Source: the human T2T-CHM13v2.0 reference genome, Homo sapiens
DNA length: 64,000 nt
Direction: 5' to 3' (one strand)
NCBI RefSeq assembly: GCF_009914755.1
Contig: NC_060947.1
Below the pieces are notes generated by a model. The model was not told the DNA's origin. It ran no database searches and saw nothing but the letters and a program-made list of their open reading frames with translations. Position numbers and translations under genes: made by a program. This document shows positions 1 to 17,500 of this stretch, in pieces. Position 1 is the stretch's first letter. Each line of letters begins with the position of its first letter.

Positions 1-201
1 TCAAGCGATCCTCCTGCCTCAGCCTCCCGAGTAGCTGGGACCACAGGCATGCACCACCGTGCCAGCCTCATTTTGTATTTTCTGTAGAGATAGGGCCTCC
101 CTATGTTGCCCACGCTGCTCTGAAACTCTGGGCTCCAGCGATCCTCCCATCTCGGCCTCCCAAAGTGCTGGGATTACAGGTGTGCAGTACGGCTCCCAGC
201 C
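1..201 (-). mobile_element. Alu (AluJ-like), truncated by window edge
   Basis: tcaagcgatcctcctgcctcagcctcccgagtagctggg ... cctcccaaagtgctgggattacagg, i.e. antisense Alu. Confidence 0.9.
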
Positions 202-566
202 CTGATGTTGGGTTTGGAGAACAAGAGGGTGATACGTCGCCAAATTCAAACTCACGTCCTCCTGCTTCTGAGCATGTAGGGAGCTGGTGGGCGGGGAGGT
301 GGGTGTGGGGCTGCGGCTCTGGGCTCCCCAGGTGCCCACGCTGAGCTGTCCAGGAGGCTGACAGGGAGGACGTCCCTTCGGTATCCCCCTTTTGCCACAG
401 AAGAGCCCGTGTGGACCCCTGAGTCCCGGACCACCGGGCAGCCAAGGCCATCTTGGGGTCTCCGGATTGAGACCCCAAGAGAGGGTTCCTGGATCTCGTG
501 CAAGAAAGAATTCACGGCAAGTTTGCAGTGCAAAATAAAAGCAAGTTTATTTAGAAAGTAAAATGG

Positions 567-1966
<1,400 letters not shown>

Positions 1967-2049
1967 CATTCGTTCCCTTGACCGTAAACGTCTGCAGGCG
2001 AGGAATCAGCCGTCAGTCAAGAGGGAGTCACTGCGGTTCATTCGCCTCT

Positions 2050-2720
2050 GACAACGGGTCCTCCCGGACGCCGCGTGGCTTGTTCTGAAGCCGGGCCGGA
2101 GACACCGTCTGGACCCCACGCTGCTCCCCAGGGCCGCCTCCAAGAGGATGCCCCACCGCAGGGAGCCGTGCAAACACCATAAATCCTGCTAATTGCCACC
2201 TTCCCGGCAGCCAGCATCCGTGGTCTCTCTATAGTGGCCTCACGGTCTCCAGCCAGGAGCTCGATCTTTGCTTCTGCACAAACATTACCGAGAAACGTCT
2301 GCAAACCCCGGGCGCCCGGCTCCCACATCACAGGCGCTGCGCCTCAGAACACAACTTGTTTCTGCCGATCCACCCCCCACCGCCGCCTCCCCGGGCACCT
2401 CGCCACGCAGGACGCTCCGGGCTTCCCGTAAGAACACCCGTGTCTGTGACCTGCGGGTGGGGTCACCTCCCCGGCCTACATGCCAGGTGAGGCGGCGGGG
2501 GCTCACCTGGGGCTCTCACCTGCCCGAGGGGGTCCTGCCCACGGCTCTGCGACAGAATAGAATGATCAGGGCGTTGCGTGGCAGTGCCCTCTCCCTGCCC
2601 CAGCCCGAGGGCACCTGTTCCCCTCCTATCTCAGCCACTCTGCCCACGTCTGTCCCCACAAAACGGGGTCGGTGCAGCCCTGGGGCCCGGTCACCGTACC
2701 GCATCCTCCTGACAAAGACA
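2050..2720. promoter_or_regulatory. GC- and CpG-rich unique segment (CpG-island-like)
   Basis: Many CG dinucleotides in non-repeat sequence (e.g. cccggacgccgcgtgg, ccccgggcgcccgg). No TSS can be assigned. Confidence 0.35.
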
Positions 2721-2894
2721 GAAAGAAACCGGCTCTTTGATTCTAACATTAAAAAAAAAAGGGCTGCCTTCTGCTTGCAAAAGAAATGCACGCAGGCTGC
2801 TGGCAGAAAGTTCTGGAAGATGATAAAGGAAAAAAATAAATTAATTCGAGAAAACTTTGAGACGCCTAACAGCACAAATACCCTCAGTCTTTAG

Positions 2895-3731
<837 letters not shown>

Positions 3732-3745
3732 TAAATTTTGTTTTG

Positions 3746-4710
3746 GGCCAGGCGTGGTGGCTCACACCTGCAGTCCCAGCACTACGGGAGGCCGAGGCAC
3801 GAGGGTCGCTGGAGGCCAGGAGTTTGAGTCCCCCAGCCTGGGTAACGTAACGAGACCGTGTCTCTAAAAATCATAAAAGACAGATCAGCTGGGCGTAGTG
3901 ACACGGGTGCCTGTCGCCCCGGCTCCTGAAGAGGCTGAGGTGGGAGGATCGCTTTAGCCCAGGAGTTGGAGGCTGTAGCGAGCTGTGATCTCACCACCGC
4001 ACTCCAGCCTGGGCGACAGAGCAAGATCTTGTCTCGAAAACAAAACAAAACAAAACACAAAAATTTAAAAAACAGATTGAGAACCCTTGGCCCCCACCTC
4101 TTACCAGCTCGGTCACAATTGCAAACCAGAGGCCGGGCACGGTGGCTCACGCCTGTCATCCCAGCGCTTCGGGAGGCCGAGGCGGGTGGATCATGAGGTC
4201 AGGAGCTCGAGAACATCCTGGCCAACATGGAGAAACCCCATCTCTACTGAAAATACAAACTTAGCCGGGCGTGGTGGCTCACGCCTGTCATCCGAGCACT
4301 TTGGGAGGCCGAGGCGGGCGGATCACGAGGTCAGGAGCTCAAAAGCAGCCTGACCAACATGGAGAAAGCCTGTCTCTACTAAAAATACCAACTTAGCCGG
4401 GCATGGTGGTGCACGCCTGTCATCCCAGCGCTTCGGGAGGCCGAGGCGGGCGGATCATGAGGTCGGGAGCTCGAGACCAGCCTGACCAACATGGAGAAAC
4501 CCTGTCTCTACTAAAAATACAAAATTAGCCGGGCGTGGTGGTGGCAGGTGCCTGCAATCCCAGTTACTCAGGAGAGGCTGAGGCAGGAGAATCGCTTGAA
4601 CCCGGGAGGCGGAGGTTGCAGTGAGCCGAGATCGCACCCCTGAACTCCAGGCTGGGCAACAGAGCAAAAACTCTGTCTCAAAAATAATATAATAATAATA
4701 ATAATAAAAA
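3746..4710 (+). mobile_element. AluJ (3746-4070), then tandem Alu left arms plus one full Alu (4131-4710)
   Basis: Repeated gccggg..tggctcacgcctgtcatcc...aacatggagaaa..tctctact at ~4131, 4263 and 4395; right arm and (TAA)n tail to 4710. Confidence 0.85.
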
Positions 4711-5533
4711 CAACTGTTTTCATGCTGCAGACAGCACACAGGCCAGGACGTCAGGGTCTCGTGAGGGGCCGTCGGAGAACGTCTAAGGGACGTCCCTGCA
4801 TTCCTGGCTGGAGGTCCTGCGCCAGCGCCCTCCTTGTGAGAACACTTTCGCTCTGCAAACTCTCAGAGCCCCCACCTGCTCCCGCCTCCCGTCTGTCCTG
4901 GTTCTTGGGACCCCGGAGCCTTCTCTGTCCAGACCTCCCAGGTCCTGACGGGAATCCGGATAAACTCCTTGGGGCGAAGGTGTTAACGGCAGGGCCCCTG
5001 TCTAATGTATTTCGCCACCCAGATAAAATGAGTGTTTTCACAGCTGCCGTTAATTTCTTACCCTGAGGAAGAAAGGAAGGACTTTGAGGCACCTGCGGCC
5101 GGGTTGGGGTGGGGCAGGGGGATTTCTGGACGCGGACGGCGTGTGGGGAGTTCCTGGGGTCCCCAGAGCCACACCACGTAGGTGGCAGCCGGCTCCGTCC
5201 TGCAAAGCCCCGGCTTCGGTGAAAGATTTATCACCTGCTCGGCCTCGGAGACGGGGAAGAAAAACACAGCCTGGAAGTGGTCCTGGCTGATGGACGGGCC
5301 CCTGGGGAGCTGTCCCCAAATGCGCGTCTTCTTTCTCCTTTCTGTCACAGCCTCCCGGCCCTGCCCTGGCTGAGTGGGGCTTTCAGTGAACGCTTGTTGA
5401 GTGTCCACGGAGCTGTGAGTGCTGTTCCGGGTGCTGGGTACGTGGTGGGGTGTGTGAGGTTCCCTCCTCTCTAGTGCAGAGATCAGGAGTGAGTAGACAA
5501 AGAAAATAGCATCTAACTGCTGCTTGTGATGAG

Positions 5534-6740
<1,207 letters not shown>

Positions 6741-6825
6741 CTTCAGCATTTTTAAAATATCATTACCCCTTCAAAGACACCTCCAGGAGCAGCCAAAGTT
6801 GGTACCCTTGTTATTCCCCATCTCA

Positions 6826-7302
<477 letters not shown>

Positions 7303-7612
7303 TTAGGGTGGAGAGGAGGATGGCAAGGTGGAGGGTTGAAGGGTTTCCCAGCAGCCTGCAGGGCTGATTGGGAGCTCAGATACTCCATGACAAGGACAAA
7401 GGGAAGGGGTCTGTATGCAGCTGTGTCTCCGCTCTCTTTCTTGCTCAGAGCATGGAGACCTCGAGTCCAGCTTCCTTTGCGTGCGTAGGGGCCTCTCTGG
7501 GTGATGGAGCCCTCCCGAGTGGTAGGTTGGGAGAACCACAGAATTAACCGCACCCTCCAGAGTCTCTCCCAACCAAGGGCTGTCGACGGTGGGTGCATAA
7601 ATACCTGGGAGG

Positions 7613-7955
<343 letters not shown>

Positions 7956-8503
7956 TTAGGTGACCGCTGGGGACGGTACTGAGGGTTCCAGGCAGAGGAA
8001 AGCCACATCTGCATGCAGAGAAAACTCCAGTGGGGACAGAGGGGGTGCATCGTGTTTAGAAGCCACGTGGGGGGCGGGGGGGCAGGTGTGTCTCATCGCA
8101 CACGTGTGAACGGAGTGCCGGGGGCCCCTCTTCTCCTGAGCCCCCAAAGGCACGAGCCGGTGGGTCTCGGGAGTTGTGGGGCGATTCCTGGAGGTGGCTC
8201 TGTGCAAAGTGTTGTCATATCAGCCAGGAAAACACCCCCTTGCCACAGCCTCAAGTCAACCCAATCTCGTCTGAAAGGTTTGGATGGAGGTGGGGGGGTC
8301 CCTGGCTTCCGTCGCTGGAGCGGTGGCCGCAGGGCTGGTCTTCACTGTCATCGTGATGTCACCATCGTCCTCACGTTGGGTGTCTCCCTGGATTCTCGGC
8401 TCTCCAGGGAGGCGGCGACGGCCCATCCCACCAGCTGCCCACGGAGGCGGGGTCCCCGGGATGCAGGCTTGACCTCAGAGGAAAACCCACCTGAGCCATT
8501 CTA

Positions 8504-8765
8504 GGGGGAGGGGACACCAGGACCCCCCAAAGGCCTGGTCGGCTGAGGTCATGGTTCATCCCGGGGTTGGGGGAGGGGACACCAGGACCCCCCAGAGGCC
8601 TGGTCGGCTGAGGTCATGGTTCATCCCGCGGTTGGGGGAGGGGACACCAGGACCCCCCAAAGGCCTGGTCGGCTGAGGTCATGGTTCATCCCGGGGTTGG
8701 GGGAGGGGACACCAGGACCCCCCAAAGGCCTGGTCGGCTGAGGTCATGGTTCATCCCGGGGTTGG
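8504..8765. repeat. 65-bp VNTR, 4 near-identical copies
   Basis: acaccaggacccccca recurs at 8514, 8579, 8644 and 8709 (period 65). Confidence 0.95.
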
Positions 8766-8857
8766 AGCAGAACGGGCCGTGGAGGATGGGCTCAGGGAGT
8801 GTTTGTTCATGGCGTGAATTCACACGGAATCTTCCTGCCTCCCTCCTTCCTTCCTTC

Positions 8858-9251
8858 TTTCCTCCCTCCCTCCGTCCTTTCCTTCCCTCCTTCCTTCCAA
8901 TTTCCTCCCTCTCTCCCTCCCTGCCTTTCTTTGTGGACAGCCTGGCATCTGCACCGTGTCCTGGCTGAGCCTCCTACCAGCTCTGTGGCCTCGGTGGGGG
9001 GGGGGGTGCGTGTCTCACCATCTTTGCACCTCAGCTTCCCCATCTGTGACGCAGGGACGGCAACAGGCACCCCTCGAGGTCACCCCTCCAGCATTTGTTT
9101 ACAGCCGTCTCACATGAACTTAGATCCATGGAAGAGCGTCACCCTGACTCGTCGACCTGCAAAAACAGCCCAGGACAGAGAGGGGGGCCCTTGGGATGGT
9201 GGCGGCCGGGACCCGAGGCTGTTGTCCGGTCGTAGAGCCTTAGAGGCTGTT
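8858..9251. repeat. Copy 1 of a dispersed direct duplication (copy 2 at 12778-13119); contains a MIR-like fragment
   Basis: ggacagcctggcatctgcaccgtgtcc...gacccgaggctgttgtccggtcgtaga is present at both places; cctcagcttccccatctgtga is MIR-core-like. Confidence 0.9.
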
Positions 9252-9319
9252 GGCGGTGTAGACGCGGGTCCCAGGCTGCAAGCTGCCTCTCTCCTCTGCC
9301 TCAGGCTCTTCTTTTCTAT

Positions 9320-9605
9320 TTATTTATTTTTAAGACAGGGTCTCGCTCTGTCACCCAGGCTGGAGTGCAGTGGTGCCATCTCGGCTCACAGCAGCCTCCA
9401 ACTCCTGGGCTCAAGCCGTCCTCCCGCCTCAGCCTCCCGAGCAGCGGAGACCACAGGCATGTGCCCGGCTAATTTTCTAATGTTTTGTAGAGATGACGTC
9501 TTTGCTATGTTGCCCAGGCTGGTGTTGAACTCCTGGGCTCAAGGCCTCCTCTCGCTCTGGTCTCCCAAAGTGCTGGGATTAGAGGTGTGAGCCACCGCGT
9601 CTGGC
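9320..9605 (-). mobile_element. AluJ-like
   Basis: agacagggtctcgctctgtcacccaggctggagtgcagtgg...aactcctgggctcaag. Confidence 0.85.
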
Positions 9606-9659
9606 CAAGACGTCTTTTGGGGGGGGACATAATTCTCAACCAAATTGCCTCTGTCTCTT

Positions 9660-9680
9660 CTTCTCACTCTCTCTCTCTCT

Positions 9681-9714
<34 letters not shown>

Positions 9715-10510
9715 CTTGTATGTATATACGCATTTATACAGGTGTGGAGGTGTTTGTGTATATATAGATATATATGATATATACGTATATTTAAACCATT
9801 AGAACATGATTTCCATTGCTAATATTTCAGTGAATATCTCTTTTCTAGCTCTAACTCCACACACACACACAGACACACAGACACACCCCTTGTATGTATA
9901 TATGCATTTATACAGGTGTGGAGGTATTTGTGCATACAGAGATATATATGATAAATAGGTATATTTAAACCATTAAAAGATGATTTTCATGGCTGACATT
10001 TCAGTAAATATTTCTCCTCTCTCCCTCTGTCCACACACACACAGCTTGTATGTATATACGCATTTATACAGGTGTAGAGGTATTTGTGCATATAAAGATG
10101 TATATGAGATATATGTCTGTTTAAACCATTAGAAGATGATTTTGATGGCTGATATTTCAGTGAGTAACTCTCCTGTCTTTCTCTCTCTCTCTCTCTACAC
10201 ACACACACGGCTTGTATGTATATATGCATTTATACAGGTGTGGAGGTGTTTGTGCATATATAGATATATATGATATATACGTATATTTAAGCCATTAGAA
10301 CATGATTTCCATTGCTAATATTTCAGTGAATATCTCTTTTCTAGCTCTAACTCCACACACACACGCAGACACACAGACACACCCCTTGTATGTATATATG
10401 CATTTATACAGGTGTGGAGGTATTTGTGCATATAGAGATATATATGATCTAGATGTATATTTAACCCATTAGAAAATGATTTTCATGCTGATAGTACTTC
10501 AGTGAATATC
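9660..10510. repeat. Tandem repeat of ~155-175-bp units (5 copies) containing (CA)n/(CT)n/(TA)n
   Basis: cttgtatgtatata(c/t)gcatttatacaggtgt recurs at ~9715, 9889, 10045, 10210 and 10385. Confidence 0.9.
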
Positions 10511-10741
10511 TCTTAAAAATATTGATCGCACACGTCCCTCATGAAAAGCAATGGTTCCCTAAACACAGACTGTCTGGTCCATCTCGGAGTTTCCACAGTC
10601 GTGACTCACATGCAAGCAATGTACAACTATGGCAGGGCTGGGCTCCTTCCCTCCCAGACAGGCTCAAGGTTATGCTCCCTGTGCCGGGATCAGAATCTGG
10701 AATCAGGACGGCCACTCCAGTGACATGAAAGGCACACGGGT

Positions 10742-11583
10742 GACAGGACGGACACCCCAGAGACAGGACGGACGCCCCAGAGACAGGACGGACGCCCCCA
10801 GAGACAGGACGGACGCCCCCAGAGACAGGACGGACGCCCCAGAGACAGGACGGACACCCCAGAGACAGGACGGACGCCCCAGAGACAGGACGGATGCCCC
10901 AGAGACAGCACGGAGACCCCAGAGACAGCACGGAGATCCCAGAGACAGCACGGACACCCCCAGAGACAGGACGGACACCCCAGAGACAGGACGGACGCCC
11001 CAGAGACAGGACGGACGCCCCAGAGACAGCACGGATGCCCCAAAGACAGCACGGAGATCCCAGAGACAGCACGGAGACCCCAGAGACAGCACGGACACCC
11101 CCAGAGACAGGACGGACACCCCAGAGACAGGACGGACGCCCCAGAGACAGGACGGACACCCCAGAGACAGGACTGATGCCGCAGAGACAGGACGGATGCC
11201 CCCAGAGACAGCACGGAGACCCCAGAGACAGGACGGACGCCCCAGAGACAGGACGGAGACCCCAGAGACAGGACGGACACCCCAGAGACAGGACGGAGAC
11301 CCCAGAGACAGCACGGACGCCCCAGAGACAGGACGGAGGCCCCAGAGACAGCACGGACGCCCCAGAGACAGGACGGACGCCCCAGAGACAGGACGGACAC
11401 CCCAGAGACAGCATGGACGCCCCAGAGACAGGACGGACGCCCCAGAGACAGCACGGACACCCCAGAGACAGCACGGACGCCCCAGAGACAGCACGGACGC
11501 CCCAGAGACAGGACGGGCGCCCCAGAGACAGCACGGACGCCCCAGAGACAGCACGGACGCCCCAGAGACAGGACGGACGCCCC
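10742..11583. repeat. 20-bp CpG-rich minisatellite, ~42 copies
   Basis: Unit agagacag(g/c)acgga(cg/ca/ga)cccc repeated without interruption. Confidence 0.95.
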
Positions 11584-12244
11584 GGCCCCGCGTTTTCCAT
11601 GACATATTTTCTCTTCGGCCACAGGATGGCAGTGCCAGCTACGGAAACGGTGGACCGTTGTCGGACCCTTTGCTGAGTTTTGAAACACGTCACTGCCTTC
11701 AGCCTTGTGGGTCCCCGGGCTGCGAACCCCGGGACCGCCTTCCCGCCTCGTGGGCCGGGGCTCAGGTCTTTACATTCATCCCAAACCGGGTTCAAGCCCC
11801 ATCCCTCCCCCGGCTGCCAACCCCGTGCCGTTCAGGCCCCGTAACCGGCTACTTCGGAACCGACGTCGTGAAACCTTTGCTCGACTGTGTTTCTGACGCT
11901 CCCGTCACAGAACAGAAGCTGTCGGGAGTGAGCAATGGTCTAGCCCAGGAGAGGAAAATCAGCCGCGTTTCACTTTGCACCGTCATCTCCTCAGCCGCCC
12001 CGTTCCCTCCCACACTTGCAAGATTCCGAGGGAGGAAGCCGCTTCTCGGACCCGGGTCCCAAGCTGTGCAGAAAAGGCCAAGGACACATTTCCGTGTCTG
12101 TAGACGCAGCAGGCGGCCGCCAGGGCCTCTTGGGCAAAAGACTCCCATTCCCGGCTTTGCCTGCAGACACCCCTCCTCACACGGGCTCTGGAGGTCTGTT
12201 GGGGTTTTCCTCAAAAAGTTTATTTTTTTTGTGGTTTGCTTTTC

Positions 12245-12542
12245 TAGACAGGGTCTCATTCTGTCATCCGGGGGCTGGAGCATGGCGGGAATGATCTCGG
12301 CTCAGAGCAGCCTCCGGCTACTGTGGCCTCAAGTGATCCTCCCGCCTCAGCCTCCCGAGTAGCCGGGACCAGAGGCACTTGCCACCACACCTAACCCATT
12401 TTTTTGTATTTTTTTGTATTTTTTGTACAGACGGGGTTTCTCCATGTTGCCTGGGCTGGTCTTGAACCCCTGGGATCAAGCCGTCCAGCACCTCAGCCTC
12501 CCAACGTGCCGGGATGACGGGTGTGAGCCACCGCACCGGGCC
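12245..12542 (-). mobile_element. AluJ-like
   Basis: Diverged antisense Alu dimer. Confidence 0.8.
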
Positions 12543-12718
12543 TATTTTATTTTATTATTTTTTTTGTAGAAATTGTTTAAGTGGCTACAAAAGTCCACAA
12601 ACATCCTCCCTGAGATTCTCCCTTAGAATAATCGTCTTCGTGGGCACACAGCATGTGCTGCTGCTGACCTGAGTGGCCTCGGCTCGACGTCTAGACGGCT
12701 CAGCGTTTGGACAGTTTC

Positions 12719-13400
12719 CAATCAGGGTCTGTCACCCAGGCTGGAGTCTGGGTGTGATCTCGGCTCACTGCAGCCTGTTTCCTCCCTCCCTTCCTTCCTT
12801 TCTTCCTGGACAGCCTGGCATCTGCACCGTGTCCTGGCTGAGCCTCCTGCCAGCTCTGTGGCCTCGTTGAGGGGGGCGTGTCTCACCATCTTTGCACCCC
12901 AGTTTCCCCATCTGTGAGGCAGGGACGGCAACAGGCACCCCTCGAGGTCACCCCTCCAGCATTTGTTTACAGCTGTCTCACATGAACTTAGATCCATGGA
13001 AAAGCGTCACCCTGACTCGTCGAGCTGCAAAAACGGCCCAGGACAGAGAGGGGGGCCCTTGGGATGGTGGCGGCCGGGACCCGAGGCTGTTGTCCGGTCG
13101 TAGAACCTCAGAGCCTGTTCAAATCAGGGTCTCGCTCTGTCACCCAGGCTGGAGTCTGGGTGTGATGTCGGCTCACCGCAGCCTCCACCTCCTGGGCTCG
13201 AGCGATTCTCCTGCCTCAGCCTCCGGAGGAGCTGGGACCACAGGTGCCCGCCACCACGCTGGGCCGATTTTTACAGTTTTTGTAGAGATGGGGCCTCACT
13301 GTGTTGTCCAGGCTGGTCTTGAACTGTTAACCTCAAGCGATCCTCCTGCCTCGGCCATCCAGGGTCCTGCAATGATGGGCGTGAGCCACTGTGCCTGGCC
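12719..13400 (-). mobile_element. Antisense Alu whose ~60-bp tail-proximal end is duplicated around an inserted copy of 8858-9251
   Basis: atcagggtct..gtcacccaggctggagtctgggtgtgat at both 12721 and 13123. Confidence 0.8.
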
Positions 13401-13433
13401 TATTTTTTATTGCTGAGGGTTTTGCAGAAATCA

Positions 13434-14851
<1,418 letters not shown>

Positions 14852-15018
14852 TCAAGAAAAGCCTCGTGTTAAACACACGTGTGTCTCCTCGCCTGCCGGT
14901 TTAATGCCCAGTCGTGGGGTCCTGGGTTGTGGCCACGAAGTCCTATTCCTCTGTCGCCAGGGTGAGAAGGTGGCTGTCGGCAGGGATTTTGGGATCAGGC
15001 AGGTGACTTCTCACGAAG

Positions 15019-15110
15019 GCTGGTTTCTCAGCCTCACATCTGCCGACATCGGGGGCTGGAGGATTCTCCGTCGTGGGGCGTCCTGTGCCCTGTGGGGTGT
15101 CGGGGACATG
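15019..15110 (-). mobile_element. MER20 fragment
   Basis: ggtttctcagcctcacatctgccgacatcgggggctggaggattctccgtcgtggggcgtcctgtgccctgt resembles the reverse complement of the MER20 end. Confidence 0.6.
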
Positions 15111-15154
15111 TTCTCACTCGGAGGACACATTGATTCAAACCATAGGATACACAG

Positions 15155-15800
15155 TTGATTCATACATGTATGATTGATAGGTGATTGGTTGACAGATAGT
15201 TGATGGATAGATATTGATATAGATGCATGATTAATAGGTGATTGACAGATGATAGACATTAATATAAATGTATGATTGATTGGTTGACAGATGATAGATA
15301 ATTGATATAGATGCATGATTAATAGGTGATTGACAGATAATTGATAGGCATTAATATAAATGTATGATTGATAGATGATTGGTTGACAGATAATTGATAT
15401 AGACACATGATTAATAGGTGATTGACAGATAATTGATAGACATTAATAGAAATGTATGATTGATGATTGGTTGACAGATGATTGATAATTGATATAGATG
15501 CATGATTAATAGATGGTTGATAATTGACAGATAATTGGTATAGATGCATGATTGATAGATGATTTATTGACAGACAATTGATACATAAGCGATACAGATG
15601 CATGATTGATAGGGAATTGATTGACAGATGATTGATAATTTATATAGATGTATGACTGATCAGTGATTGGTTGATAGGTAATTGATATAGATGCATGATT
15701 GACAGATGATTGGTTGTCAGATAATTGACCGATAGTAATGGATAGCTGATTAATAGATAGATAATTGATTAATCAATAATTGATAGATGATAGATAAAGA
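15155..15800. repeat. Degenerate (GATA/GATT)n tract
   Basis: gatagatgcatgattaataggtgattgacagataattgata motifs repeated. Confidence 0.9.
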
Positions 15801-15816
15801 ATCTCTCATGCCCAGG

Positions 15817-16775
15817 CAGCTTTCTCAGCTCTGGCACTGCTGATGTTTGGGACTGGAGGACTCTCTGTCTTGGGGCCACCCTGGGTGCTGCAGGGTGCTA
15901 ACTCTCTTGATGAGGCCGTCCTGGGTACTGTAGGGTACTGAGTCTCTGTGATGAAGCCGTCCTGGGCTCTGTAGGGTGTTGAGTCTGAGTCTCTGTGATG
16001 AGGCCGTCCTGGGCCCTGTAGGATGCTGAGTCTCTGTGATGAGGCCGTCCTGGACACTGTAGGGTGCTGAGTCTGAGTCTCTGTGATGAGGCCGTCCTGG
16101 GCCCTGTAGGGTGTTAAGTCTCTGTGATGAGGCCGTCCTGGACACTGTAGGGTGCTGAGTCTCTGTGATGAGGCCGTCCTGGGCACTGTAGGGTGTTGAG
16201 TCTGAGTCTCTGTGATGAGGCCGTCCTGGGCCCTGTAGGGTGTTGAGTGTCTGTGATGAGGCCGTCCTGGGAGCTGTAGGGTGTTGACTCTGTGGTGGGG
16301 CCGTCCTGGGCGCTGTAGGGTGCTGAGTCTCTGTGATGAGACCGTCCTGGGAGCTGTAGGGTGTTGACTCTGTGGTGGGGCCATCCTGGGCGCTGTAGGG
16401 TGCTGAGTCTCTGTGATGAGACCGTCCTGGGAGCTGTAGGGTGTTGACTCTGTGGTGGGGCCGTCCTGGGCGCTGTAGGGTGCTGAGTCTCTGTGATGAG
16501 GCCGTCCTGGGAGCTGTAGGGTGTTGACTCTGTGGTGGGGCCGTCCTGGGCGCTGTAGGGTGTTGAGTCTCTGTGATGAGGCCGTCCTGGGAGCTGTAGG
16601 GTGTTGACTCTGTGGTGGGGCCGTCCTGGGCGCTGTAGGGTGCTGAGGAGCGTCCCTGGGCTCCACCCAGCAGATGCCAGTTCACCCCCATGTTGTGACA
16701 TGCAGACATGTCCCCTGATATTGCTGAGTGTGTCCGGGGAGGGGGCAGGATGTCCCCTGGCTGAGAACCACACTG
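15817..16775 (-). mobile_element. MER20 hAT DNA transposon with an internal VNTR (~19 units of 39/41/47 bp)
   Basis: MER20-like termini cagctttctcagctctggcactgctgatgtttggg and cagatgccag...gttgtgaca...ggctgagaaccac flank repeats of ccgtcctggg..ctgtagggtg. Confidence 0.85.
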
Positions 16776-16866
16776 CACTAAGGAATTAAGAGGACGGCCG
16801 CACTTAGAGACACAGTTGCCCATGAGCTCATACCGGCTTCTCCAAGCAGGTCACTCTGAAATCTTG

Positions 16867-17187
<321 letters not shown>

Positions 17188-17369
17188 CAACAGCTCTTTA
17201 AGTGGCTTGATTATGACCCTTGCACGCTGGCACCTGTCTTTGGGATCTTGGCATGGGCATGGACCCATGGATTAGTCAAACACCAACAGGGGCTCAGAAG
17301 GAAGGAGAGAATCTATATGGGAGGCTGGCACCTGGCAAGGGATGATCCCTTCATTGCTGCAAAGGCAAT

Positions 17370-17500
17370 GAAGAAGGAAGAAGGAGGCAATGAACAAAGG
17401 AAGAAAGGAAGGGAGGAGTGATGGAACGAAGGAAGGAAGGGGAAGGAGGGAGGGAAGGACGAAAGGAAGGAAGGAGGGAGGGAAGGAAGGAAGGAAGGAA
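17370..17500. repeat. (GGAA)n purine tract
   Basis: ggaaggaagggg... Confidence 0.85.

Noticed and set aside
2268-2894. 208-aa ORF in GC-rich unique DNA
   Set aside because: Non-ATG start, no recognisable domain, and such ORFs are expected by chance at high GC.
5174-5192. CTCF-like motif ccacgtaggtggcagc
   Set aside because: Partial match only; it cannot be supported without a PWM score or ChIP data.
10539-12362. Long ORFs of 260-577 aa on both strands
   Set aside because: They are translations of the 20-bp minisatellite, with no domain and no gene structure.
15806-16823. ORFs of 219-332 aa; the spaced repeats also look superficially CRISPR-like
   Set aside because: This is a VNTR inside MER20. 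Units abut with no unique spacers, there are no cas genes, and the context is eukaryotic.
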